This document shows, one piece after another, positions 53,630 through 64,000 of a stretch of 64,000 nt of DNA. The DNA lies in assembly GCF_002113885.1 (NCBI RefSeq), contig NW_018408895.1:657724-721723 (forward strand). Direction: 5' to 3'. The DNA is from Mizuhopecten yessoensis (taxonomy: Eukaryota). The notes beneath the pieces were generated by a model. The model had not been told where the DNA came from and did no database searches. It saw only the letters and a program-made list of their open reading frames with translations. Position numbers and translations under genes: made by a program. Positions within the stretch are counted from its first letter, which is position 1; every line of letters begins with the position of its first letter.

Positions 53630-54759
53630 TTACTCAGACAGATATGGTTTTGGCTGTTCAAGAAATGCCTTGATGTTGTTAACTACCTTTTGGAGTACAG
53701 CCTTATCTTTGTTGGAAAACAGATTGACCCCGTCATGGAAGTACAGCGGGAGATTGCCCCTCTGGATATAGGCGAGCAGACGATACGTCATTGACTTCAC
53801 GCGAGCCGCCAGGAGTTCCTGCTGCCATTCGGTGTCAAAAGGATGATCCTCACACTCCCAGAACAGCACGTTCTTCAGGTGGTACGATGTCAGTTCTGAC
53901 TTCAAACCTGGTGGACACCATACGTCTTCTTTCAGTCGCTTTATGATCCGTTGACTTTTCTTTCAACATGTTCCTCCAATGTCAATTCCATCCAGAAGTT
54001 CATTTTCACATGCGGCAAAGGAAAGTGTCCAGTTGAATGGTTCTTTTGCAATTTCGTTCACACCTACTTTTCTTATGGCTGACCTCTTTTGCTGGGAAGG
54101 CCTTTTACTGTTCGGTCTAGGCCAGTGGCATTCAGGCCTTAATTCCAGCTGAGATTCGATCATAGGGCAAAGATCAATGCTGATTGGGTAGTCAATGTCC
54201 GGGAATTTCACAGACAGGGTAGTAGCAGGAGAACTTGATATCCTGTCTGTTGTTATCAGGTTTCTGTATTTTGGCTGATTAACTGCCTCGCCAACAAGCG
54301 ACTTGAACCACCTCTTTACCTTGATTGGAACTATGTCATCATCGAATGTCATACTAGCAACTCCGTCGTTAAGTCCTTCAGCTTCCCATTGCTTCTTCAA
54401 GCTCTCATATTGAGTAAAATACTTACCAACTGGGGTATCCGGTAACTCGTATCCTTTTTTCTCCACAGCTTTATCCCGGTGTTGTTAAATCCATAGTATC
54501 TTGTTTTCCCAGGTGCCCAGACCAGCTTACCGACATCAACGATGACGTTGTAGTCAAATTCTTCTGCTTTTTCCACCTTCAGGTGCGTGTTATAACTGCC
54601 TACCTTGAGGGGCTGTATCAGGAAGCGTCTGTCCCGGGAATGAACGTATCTCAAAATCTCATCCACAAGAGTAAGCACTTTCGCCACGTTCCTTTTAGTT
54701 TCATCTCGTTTCATCAATACTTTTTGATCACAGTAACAGTTCAGGATATAGTTGTCCAT
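53630..54759 (-). pseudogene. cGLR copy 5, full length with one frameshift and one nonsense codon
   Basis: 1-bp deletion near 54477 and AGA>TGA at 53965-53963; otherwise colinear with copy 1. Confidence 0.85.
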
Positions 54760-55811
54760 TTTCCAGCTGTATGGAGCTTTAACAAGTTGGATTTCGAGTT
54801 CAGACTTTGATGTTATTGATGTTTAGCTGAATTATTTTTCTATTGGAGCACACGAGTCCGGCGTCCTACCACTTGACTACCTCCTATTTCCCGTATTAGA
54901 CCCCGCCCATCTGCCCCCAGGGAAGCCAAACCCTCCCTGAATACAAACCTGAGGCCCCTTTGTCCAAAGACGTTCTGGAATAAATTGTTGTGGGGTATAA
55001 CTGACACAATGATTCGATAACTTTTGTTTTTTGTAGGTCTGTGTTACGTACATGTATTTATTTATCTGTTTCTTTCATAATATTGTCGTCACTGGTAACT
55101 GTTGTTGCTAAAATATAACCCAAAACCTGCTGCTGCATGGCCTATTCCGCCTACTATTATTAAAGAAATGATAAAACGCATTGTGAGCTTTGTTGATAAG
55201 GATATGGAGATACCTTGTGAGTTACCATCACCCTAGTGTCAAGTGATACATAAATTTTGTTTACTGGTTTTTTTTAACACAATATAGCTTATCGAGTGAC
55301 CGACTTTCGAGCCGTCAGCCGTCTTGTTTGTGTCATATCGTAAGAAAGTAGTACAATACTGCTGGATGTGGATACTTAATTTACCTTGGAAGATATCTTA
55401 TTTGGACAAATTATCACTAGTTACTTTAATTGTCAACAGTTTTTAAATGTTTCAATGTTCCTGAATTGATGTTCTGGTAATATCATTAACTTTGTATGTG
55501 ACCAAACTACTGTGATCATACGCCTAAAACGGAAATAAAACCCAGACATTCTCAGAACCAAAATGCTTTATTTAGTATTGAGGGAGCAATACTGATCTTG
55601 TAATTTATCAAATTATAAAAGATACAGTGCATATTATATAAGATGTTTTATATCTTATATAATAATATACAAGAGAGATATCTTATATATATGAGTTATC
55701 TTATACAATATATAAGATATTTCATTTATTTTATAAGAATAAATGTTGAGCTGGCTGCCAAAGAATCTACAACTCTTATTCCAAAGACCGATGTATGATC
55801 ACATCATTTGC

Positions 55812-55917
55812 GAAAGCGAAAGTAGTTGTTTCATCATGTTTTCCGAAACGAAAAGAAGCTAAAAATAAAAAGATAAGACAAGCAAATATAAAGGGAGAGA
55901 TCACACTCATGCGCAGT
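55812..55917 (+). promoter_or_regulatory. Putative IRF-responsive core promoter of cGLR copy 6
   Basis: GAAAGCGAAAGT (55812-55823) is a full match to the IRF-E consensus. Also GAAACGAAAA (55845-55854), TATAAAG (55887-55893) and an Inr-like GCAGTT near 55915. Confidence 0.6.
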
Positions 55918-55943
55918 TTAAACGTTGCACGAACAATACAATC

Positions 55944-57071
55944 ATGGATAACAAAATTCTGAACCAATATTATGAGGAAAATGTGAAAATGCTGCGTAAC
56001 GAAACGGAAAAAAATACAAAAGAGGTGTTACCACTGGTGGATGATATATTAAGGTATGTTCATCAGAGAGACAAACGATTCATGATACAAACAGTGAAGG
56101 TTGGAAGCTACCATACTCACCTCAAAGTGAAGCGGGCTGGCGAGTTTGACTTCAGTGTGGTCGTCGATGTGGGGAAACTGTCGTGGATAGCAAACAACAA
56201 TTCGAGGTTCTATGGTTTTGACAACGTCAATCGCAAAGTTGAGAGTAGCATATTACCTCTACCAAGCCCCCCTGCTGGTCAGTGTTTTACTCAAATCGGA
56301 AGCCTAAAAGCTAAGTGGGAATCTGAGGGACTTGAGGATGGAGGTGCAAGTTTGACATTCAACAACGATATAGTGCCAATTAAAGTAAAGAGAAGATTCA
56401 AAGCTCTTGTAAGCGAGGCTGTTAACCAACCCAAATTGAGAAGTCGTGTCACTACAGACCGGATTTCGGATTCACCGGCCATTACGCTCTCTGTAAAACT
56501 TCCGAATACTGCTTATCCGATCAGCATCGATTTATGTCCTATGATTGAATCTAAACTGGAATTCAGAAGTGACTTCAATTGGCCAAGACCGTTGGCCAAA
56601 TGGCCGTCTAGTGAAAAGATTTCCTGTATAAAGGATGTAGGAATACATGAAGTAGCCAAGTCGCCATTTTATTGGACACTGTCTTTCGCTGCATGTGAAA
56701 AGGAGCTTGTGGAGGGCATTGATGAAAATGGGACATGCAGAAGGAAAAGTCTTCGTGTCCTGAAGACTTTGAAAGAAAATATCTGGTGTAAACCAGGTGT
56801 CAAGAAGGGTCTGACATCATACCATCTGAAGAACGTGCTGTTCTGGGAGTGTGAGGATCATCCCTTTGACACCGAATGGCAGCAGGAGCTCCTGGAGACT
56901 CGCGTGAAGTCAATGACGTATCGTCTACTCGGCTATCTTCAGAGGGGAAATCTGTTGTTGTACTTCCATACCGGGGTTAATCTGCTCTCCAGCAAAGATA
57001 AAGGCGTGCTTCAGCAGGTAGCGAACATTATTAAGACATTTCTCGATCAGCCAAACCAATATTTGTGCTGA
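55944..57071 (+). CDS. cGLR copy 6, divergent paralog, intact, 375 aa, head-to-head with copy 5
   Basis: GSYHTHLKVKRAGEFDF, DSPAITL, ISIDLCP, WTLSFAACEKEL and LTSYHLKNVLFW. Confidence 0.93.
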   Translation: MDNKILNQYYEENVKMLRNETEKNTKEVLPLVDDILRYVHQRDKRFMIQTVKVGSYHTHLKVKRAGEFDFSVVVDVGKLSWIANNNSRFYGFDNVNRKVESSILPLPSPPAGQCFTQIGSLKAKWESEGLEDGGASLTFNNDIVPIKVKRRFKALVSEAVNQPKLRSRVTTDRISDSPAITLSVKLPNTAYPISIDLCPMIESKLEFRSDFNWPRPLAKWPSSEKISCIKDVGIHEVAKSPFYWTLSFAACEKELVEGIDENGTCRRKSLRVLKTLKENIWCKPGVKKGLTSYHLKNVLFWECEDHPFDTEWQQELLETRVKSMTYRLLGYLQRGNLLLYFHTGVNLLSSKDKGVLQQVANIIKTFLDQPNQYLC

Positions 57072-58158
57072 TAATTCGCCACATGTATGCTTTATGCAGA
57101 AATTCTGGTAAAATCACCTCTCGAATTTGTGTTAACTGTGATTTCTGTGTAACAGCATATATGTATTTATGTTGAATGGTTCGCACCTATCAGTCAAGCA
57201 GCAAGCTATGTAATAGTACGATAGTCAATAAAAACCAGAAAGACATAATGATTGAAAATGGCCGTTTTTATTAAAACGACATAACATAAAAATACATGTA
57301 CGACATAACATAAAATACATGTTACAATACATGTATTGAACACCCTCCTGAGAAGGTGTTCCATAGACTGCATTTCATAATCAAATGCAATGCCATTCTC
57401 CTAATGACTATAGTAGNAAGCTATGTAATAGTACGATAGTCAATAAAAACCAGAAAGACATAATGATTGAAAATGGCCGTTTTTATTAAAACGACATAAC
57501 ATAAAAAAATACATGTACGACATAACATAAATTACATGTTACAATACATGTATTGAACACCCTCCTGAGAAGGTGTTCCATAGACTGCATTTCATAATCA
57601 AATGCAATGCCATTCTCCCAATGACTATAGTAGGTGAGGGGACAAGAAAACGCCACCTTGCACATTGAGCCCTTTCATGGATTCGAAAAGACGTACATAA
57701 TGTATGTAACATTTTGCTACATAATGAAATAGCACAAGATCTAATATTTTAGGTTTGTTAAAATTTAATCACATACATGTCCCTTAGTATTACTATTAGT
57801 AGCCTGCTGTATTATTCCGAAATTATTTTTGTTTTTTACTCATTGTTTTCTCCTTTTTTTATGTTCCCAATCAATTCAGACATTTGTGTTAATAACACAT
57901 ATGTTTAAAATATTCCTAACCTTAAACATTTGTTCTCTGATAACGTATATTACGTTTTGATTCTTAACTGCTTTATATTTGCTTGGTTAATGGTATATAT
58001 GAAATGGATTAATTTCATCGACTTTGTAAATGTTACCATTATTATCATGATTTATCTACACTGAATCAGTAAGGTGGAATGGTGAGTGAGTCCTTATTTG
58101 AGCATGCATGTTGTTTTGTTACAGCTCTCTGATATTCCTATTATCATTTTGAAATAAG

Positions 58159-58289
58159 TATACTAGAAAATGTGGTGCAACTAAGTATACTAGGTAATGT
58201 GGTGCAAATAAGTATACTAGTAAATGTGGTGCAAATAAGTATACTAGTAAATGTGGTGCAAATAAGAATACCAGTAAATGTGGTGCAAC
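58159..58289 (+). repeat. 27-bp tandem repeat, about 5 copies (TATACTAGTAAATGTGGTGCAAATAAG)
   Basis: Head-to-tail copies. Confidence 0.9.
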
Positions 58290-58954
58290 CAAAAGTATCA
58301 ACGACCTACGCATTGTATTTACACGTTGACTTTTTACTTTTACTTTGTCGTATGTGTATATGTTTAATGGTATCTTTTCATCGTACTCACGGAGAGTCTG
58401 TATTCCATGGTGTCCTTAGTAATGTTTTTGGTATTTGTTTACAGCTGCAAGCTATCTTACTTGTTTGTTCTGTTACTTTAACCCTATGATTCAGTTCTTA
58501 GTTAATTTTAAATTGTTTCTGAAATTAATCTAAAACATTGGTCACCCGTGGAGAAAACTTTACACATGCTTGCCTGTTATTCAATCTATCTGACTATGCA
58601 ATCTGACAATAAAGAGTTTGTTGAGATGAAATGGTTCACAAGGGCCAAGTTATAAATTTGCTAGGTTTTCTTGTCCTACTCGGAGACGGAGTTATTTTAT
58701 TTTATTTTTTTCTTATCATGAACCCACTGGCAATTCTAAAATTGTCGATGTAGATGGTTATTTGTTTATACATGTAAATTTATCAGTAAATCAACATAGA
58801 TATCTTATGTCCGTATACATGTTTTAAAGCTGTGTGTAATCATACTGTCACGTGCTTACGTACTTGTTATCTTGTTGCTGGCTTGTTGTTACAAGAGAGG
58901 TATCGTAGGAATAAATCTAAGTGTACCCTATATAGTGTATATACTATATGTTAT

Positions 58955-59682
58955 CTGTACAAATTCTTGCTTGACTCGTTTACCTTACAATATAATTTAA
59001 CAAAATCAATTCCTGTCGTTTATCTTAGGCTTATTTCCAAGTTTCGAATGTCATCCCATCGTTTACGCATAGAAGAAGGCAGATATTGTAATACCCCAAG
59101 GGCCCATAGAATTTGTCTACATTGTAACCAAAATCAAATAGAAGATGAATTTCATTTCATTTTAATTTGTCCTCTATACGCAACTTTACGTAAAAAATTT
59201 ATCAAAATATTATTGGAACCGTCCGTCGTCCTATAAACTTGTACAGTTGCTAGCAGTTCGTAATAGGAAAGAACTTTGTCATTTAGGTAAATATTTACAA
59301 TCAAGTTTACTATTACGCTCGACATAATGTGCATTGTTTAATTATCATGTGCATGCTTTTTCTTTTTATCTCCAGATAAAAACTGATTACTTCTTACTTT
59401 ATTTGATTGAGATTCTTCCAATCTTTCAATCATATACATTACTTCAATTAATCATCTCATTAATATTTTTCTTTTGTCATTTGTATTCTCATGTGCGTAC
59501 AACTGTCGGCCATCTATCAAATCAGCTTGTCTTGTACAATGTAGGTTATGTTACATGTTATTCAATATTTGTGTAATGTTTTCGACACCCTTATTGTACA
59601 TGTACACATTAATTACTCTGTATTATGCTGTAATGCTTATGGGCCGTAAGGCTGATAGTGAATAAACAATACAATACAATAC
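58955..59682 (+). mobile_element. 3' fragment of a non-LTR retrotransposon (zinc-knuckle region, 3' UTR, (CAATA)n tail)
   Basis: SKFRMSSHRLRIEEGRY...RICLHCNQNQIEDEFHFILICPLY; AATAAA followed by ACAAT repeats at 59661-59682. Confidence 0.75.
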
Positions 59683-60632
59683 TAGCAGGTAGATATTTGT
59701 ATTTAATATATGTTATTACGAGAAATTGTCTAAAATAATAAGATATCGCATGTACTGATTTTGATTGTCAATTTTATTAAAATTTATAATCATATATTGA
59801 TGTTTATTTTTATTTTGATACACAAATTATGTATCCTCAATCATTTAATTAGGTGTATTATTATAACACAGGCTTTAATAACGATAGTTAATAACAGTAT
59901 GAGTCGTGTACACAACCAATACTGCACTTGTATAGCATTTGTAAATAATGTATTTTATTACTGATATAAAACATGAACAGGTATAGCAAAGGAGTTACAA
60001 TCATTAATGTGTTATATTAGTAAATGGGGGTTGGGGGTTGGCGGGGGAGGGGTTCCTGGACTTAAACAAACCAAATTTGATATAAATACCATTACCGATT
60101 AATTTTTCGTTCTAATTAAGAATTGAAGACATCACAGGAAAGTAATAACATTTTGGGTATTACGTGTCATCACACCAATTAACTTATATAGAGGAATTAA
60201 GGGAATGTCTAAGTATGTAATTTTTAAATTTAATAATATGAATTAAAGTGTCTGCATTACAGAAAAAGATAGACCACAATTTGACAAGCCCCGTACAAAT
60301 ATTGTATGGCACTTTTTTTGAAAATGTAATAAAAAAAGGAAAGTTAACGGCTCCACAAGCCAGGTAAGGTTTAATCAAATACGGGAGCTCGGTGTTGACA
60401 ATTTTATCAACTGTTGATCAACACCTGTACTTCTATTCTTTTTCAATGTAAACTTGTAGGGTCATAGATATGCTTCGAGGATTCGTTATCAGTGACAGGA
60501 CGTATACTCGTTTTATAATTAAAACGTAATGAAGTAGCAATGCATGACGTTGTCCTCAACGAACCAGGCAGTATGTAGCGTTACTGGTTGTTTCAAATCT
60601 TACATTATCGATCGGCCAGACTAGTTGTACCT

Positions 60633-60656
60633 GTGTGTGTGTGTGTGTGTGTGTGT
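60633..60656 (+). repeat. (TG)n microsatellite
   Basis: Run of TG dinucleotides. Confidence 0.95.
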
Positions 60657-60879
60657 AGACGACATGAACTGTATAAGTTTACCTGTAAACATCGGCCATA
60701 TGTGTCAGTATAAGTTCGAACACAAACGTTTCGTATCGCTAATGCTGATCTGCTTAAGAGATTATGGGTCACTATTCGTATAACGGTTTTGCCTGGATGT
60801 GCTAGTACAACTTCATGTTTGAGTTAGGATAGGTGTATCACCGGTGTTATTGTGACAAGTATCAACACACGAGATCATC

Positions 60880-62025
60880 ATGGTGTCCATGCGTCTACTC
60901 TTTGGATGGAGTGTTCCATTCAGGATTCGACTGATGGCGGCTGGAAACTTGTTCTTTTGTTTCTACTTTGCGTTCATGACCGTTCTCGTCACTGTGGTCT
61001 GTTGGTCAGAAATACTACCCGACATCTTCATGGGTGACAAGGATCGGATACGCAAACATAAGCTCTTTATTTTATTTACCTTCCTCAATGCTGTCGGTAA
61101 CTTCGTTCTGTGCGTCTTCACCGATACCAGTATCAAACGTGCGGTTGAGATGACATCCAAAGACTATATGACATCGACATCGAGCGTTGGCGCGGGAGAC
61201 CGGATGACTAAGCCGAGTAAAGACGCGGGACAATCTAGGTTGAATAGCAAAGATTCTCAGACAATATCTACCATGAATAATAGCAACACCATGAAACAGA
61301 CTACGAAAAAGGGAGCCAGTATGGTAAAGAAACGAAAAGCAGGTGAGGCAAAGAGTGCAGACAAAGAGAGCATCAAGGACAAATATTTGGAAATGAAAGG
61401 CAAAGGAAAGGACGGAGGTAATGACAAAGTCGACAACGAACCGACGTTTTGTGACACTTGTAACGTGATTCCTCCTCCCAGATCACACCACTGCGTTTTG
61501 TGCCAAACGTGTATCCTAAAGCGCGACCACCACTGTTTCTTCATGACAGTGTGTGTCGGCTACTTCAATCAAAAGTACTTCGTTATGTACTGTTTCTACA
61601 TGATGATCGGCACGTTCTATGGAATGTTTCTGATTGTGCTACATCTAAAGAAGCTGTATGACGTCACATTTAATGGTCCCCAGACATTTATATTCCTGTT
61701 GGTGGACATGATTGGAAAACTAGCCACCAATGTTCCCATCGAGTTTGGCTATATATTCTTAGTGTTTCTCATGTACGCCTGTATTACTGCTGGACTTATA
61801 GCCGCCGGATTGTGGTTTTGGCAGTTACAAATCACTGTGGCCGGACAGACGACACATGAAGCGACGTCGATTGGCTCTGGAAAATTTTCTAAATCTAAAA
61901 TTGATAATCTGAAAGATGTTTTCGGAAAATATTGGTTATTAACAATAATTTTACCATTGCCTCTTCCACAACCTCCATTTGAAGATACGTTTGTAAAAAA
62001 CAGCAATAGTAAAAATATTCAATAA
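60880..62025 (+). CDS. DHHC palmitoyltransferase, ZDHHC22-like, single ORF, 381 aa
   Basis: Cys-rich domain CDTC...RSHHCVLCQTCILKRDHHCFFMTVCVG, four hydrophobic segments and a GQTTHE (TTxE) motif. DHHCFF resembles ZDHHC22. Confidence 0.92.
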   Translation: MVSMRLLFGWSVPFRIRLMAAGNLFFCFYFAFMTVLVTVVCWSEILPDIFMGDKDRIRKHKLFILFTFLNAVGNFVLCVFTDTSIKRAVEMTSKDYMTSTSSVGAGDRMTKPSKDAGQSRLNSKDSQTISTMNNSNTMKQTTKKGASMVKKRKAGEAKSADKESIKDKYLEMKGKGKDGGNDKVDNEPTFCDTCNVIPPPRSHHCVLCQTCILKRDHHCFFMTVCVGYFNQKYFVMYCFYMMIGTFYGMFLIVLHLKKLYDVTFNGPQTFIFLLVDMIGKLATNVPIEFGYIFLVFLMYACITAGLIAAGLWFWQLQITVAGQTTHEATSIGSGKFSKSKIDNLKDVFGKYWLLTIILPLPLPQPPFEDTFVKNSNSKNIQ

Positions 62026-64000
62026 TTTATACATGTGTTTAGTATTTTTGTATTTTTTTTGTTACATTTTTTCGTGATCAAATACGTTTATAGTACAGTA
62101 CCATTTAAGAAAACAAATTCTGTTACTTACATAAACATGTATCATCAACTTTAAAACTGACTGAGTATTCCAGCCAGTTGTCACACTGTTCAGCGAGTTT
62201 CAAGGGGGTGGAGTTTGTGTGGCAGATTGATATTTCAAAATCCAGCCACTTTTGGTTGAAATGAAGTGGTTTGATTTTCGAGGATGGAATATATATGAAA
62301 CCCCTTTATTAATATACTTTTAAGCTCAAAACACATACAATATAGTATGAACTTTACAGTGAGACACATAATCTAATGCATACAACTATTATACTGTTAA
62401 CGTACATATTTTAGCGGTATTCTAATTTTAGCGCGTTTTGCTCTTTAAACATGGCACTCATATATGACTGCGCTAACTGAAATTTCTGTATGCATGTATA
62501 TTGTTTTATTGCATATCTTGTGAGTGCGCCAATTCATCGATGCGCTAACCGGTTAAAGTTAGTTAATACGCTAAAATATGTGACTGCTAAAATAAGTACT
62601 TTTACCGTATCAAAGATGGCTATAGAGTGAAAACTTTCGATTTAAAAATGGATTCCGTTTGATTTTCGAAAATAGTAAGATATTTAAACGTATAAAACGT
62701 TGTAGATTTATTTCCAGTTTCAAAACAGGTTAAAATAATATAACCAATCATATACCAAATAAAGACAAAACTTACAGTCCTTCAAGAACGGAGGTTAAAA
62801 ATACTACATCGCAACGAAATCACTTCAAAATATCATGTTATTCGTATACTACAGATATATATTAATAAGCTTTCAACGTAAAAATCGCGAAAAAAATGTT
62901 AAGAAATATTGAAAATCAGCGGAGCCTTCATATAATGTTTCGGTTTTGAAGTGACTATGACTTTTCATTAAAAACTTGATTTCATTATGTAATGGTTTAG
63001 AATCAATTCTTGTCCAGGTGCGACTTTGTTTCACATTTCGAGCTTATACTAGTAATTGATGAAACCACGTTTCCGACGAGATGCTTCACAACACCACGGA
63101 GTGGTGTAGGAGACTTCCGGAGTAGACCCTCGCAATAACTGGCGCTTGATGGATCCAAGTTCTTGAGTTCACTTGCATACCATCGCATCACTCAAGGTTG
63201 TTAACCCGGAATGGCCCTGGTCTTACATCATTGACAGAGCCCTTGTCTGTTACCAATTATAGGCCCCATCTGAAAAATCGTACTAACGGTTATTTAAGCG
63301 TGTGATTTTTACCTGGGACCAATTATGCATGTAACCTACAATTTCAAGAAAACCTCTATTAAAATTCAATAAAACATAAGTATACGGCTTTATCATGAAA
63401 GAAGTTGAATCAGAAAATATCAAGTGGACAACATACAGTCAGAACAGGAAAGAGTATGTAAGAAAGAAGAGATAAGATAAGGGCCCAAATGTTGCAATTT
63501 GGGAAGATCGAGTTTGTTTTCTCCAATGCTAGTTAGTAGCGGCACGAGTTGGTACGGTACCTGCGAAACCACAATCAAATGACGTATTTGAGAGAAATTC
63601 GGGTGTCAACGATTAAGGAAACACGTACTTTTAGACCAGGCGAACAATTACAGTTCTTTTTCACCAGCTAAAAAGCTGTGGCGGATAACTGCCCATATTT
63701 CCCAAAGTCGGCATTTATGAACTTATAGAATGTCGCTCAATAATCGGGACAATCAAAGTTTGGGTAATCAGCAAAGTGTTACTAAAAGCAATTTAGCATG
63801 CAGTCCGTAAAAACATCCTTTATTTAGTATATAATGGAAAATGAAAATATTAACTAAATTTTCTTTTACAATGTAGTCATCTCTGGTGATACACATACCA
63901 TCACGTCACCTACCAAACTTATACATGTAACGCGTATTGACAGACGTAACGTGGCTAGTGCCTTTGACCAACAGAAATATCGAACTGTATGCACTGACGC

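Larger units (their letters stand above)
17380..54790. repeat. Segmental tandem duplication, about four imperfect units carrying cGLR genes (about 17.4-23.9, 24.4-30.9, 33.0-48.2 including insertions, and 48.9-54.8 kb)
   Basis: The same ordered non-coding blocks recur, e.g. 20860-21800, 28310-29230, 36890-37193+42996-43630 and 52280-53200. Confidence 0.9.

Noticed and set aside
22336-57071. Bacterial CBASS/CD-NTase operon interpretation
   Set aside because: The context is eukaryotic (spliced EGLN1, LINEs, SINEs), no Cap effector genes are present, and the proteins have an animal Mab21-type C-terminus.
57204-57633. Near-identical tandem duplication of about 214 bp downstream of copy 6
   Set aside because: The copies meet at a single n (57417), so this is probably a contig-overlap artifact.
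60880-62025. Functional coupling of the ZDHHC gene (or EGLN1) to the cGLR cluster, given known palmitoylation of STING and cGAS
   Set aside because: Only adjacency supports it; animal gene neighbours are usually functionally unrelated, and conserved synteny cannot be tested here.

Overview
AT-rich, repeat-rich animal genomic DNA with assembly gaps; the repeat types suggest a marine invertebrate, probably a bivalve (inference). The left end holds the first two coding exons of an EGLN1/PHD2-type HIF prolyl hydroxylase (minus strand). About 5.7-17 kb is nested transposon debris (Tx1/L1, L2-type, HINE/Helentron, CR1, SINE, Penelope). About 17.4-57.1 kb is a segmentally duplicated cluster of cGAS-like receptor (cGLR, Mab21/cGAS nucleotidyltransferase) genes with uninterrupted CDSs: three intact ORFs (22336-23466 -, 46608-47726 -, 55944-57071 +), two disrupted full-length copies and one 5' fragment. 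The cluster shows birth-and-death turnover, a hypervariable patch, a chimeric in-frame duplication, and an apparent gene-conversion tract between inverted paralogs. It also carries IRF/ISRE-like + TATA promoters and a six-times repeated ISRE+GAS motif module. A 5.8-kb Helentron-like insertion, an I-clade LINE with TSD and a SINE with a pseudoknot-like 5' leader lie inside the cluster. A single-ORF ZDHHC22-like palmitoyltransferase is near the right end. All family calls are by motif recognition; no searches were run.
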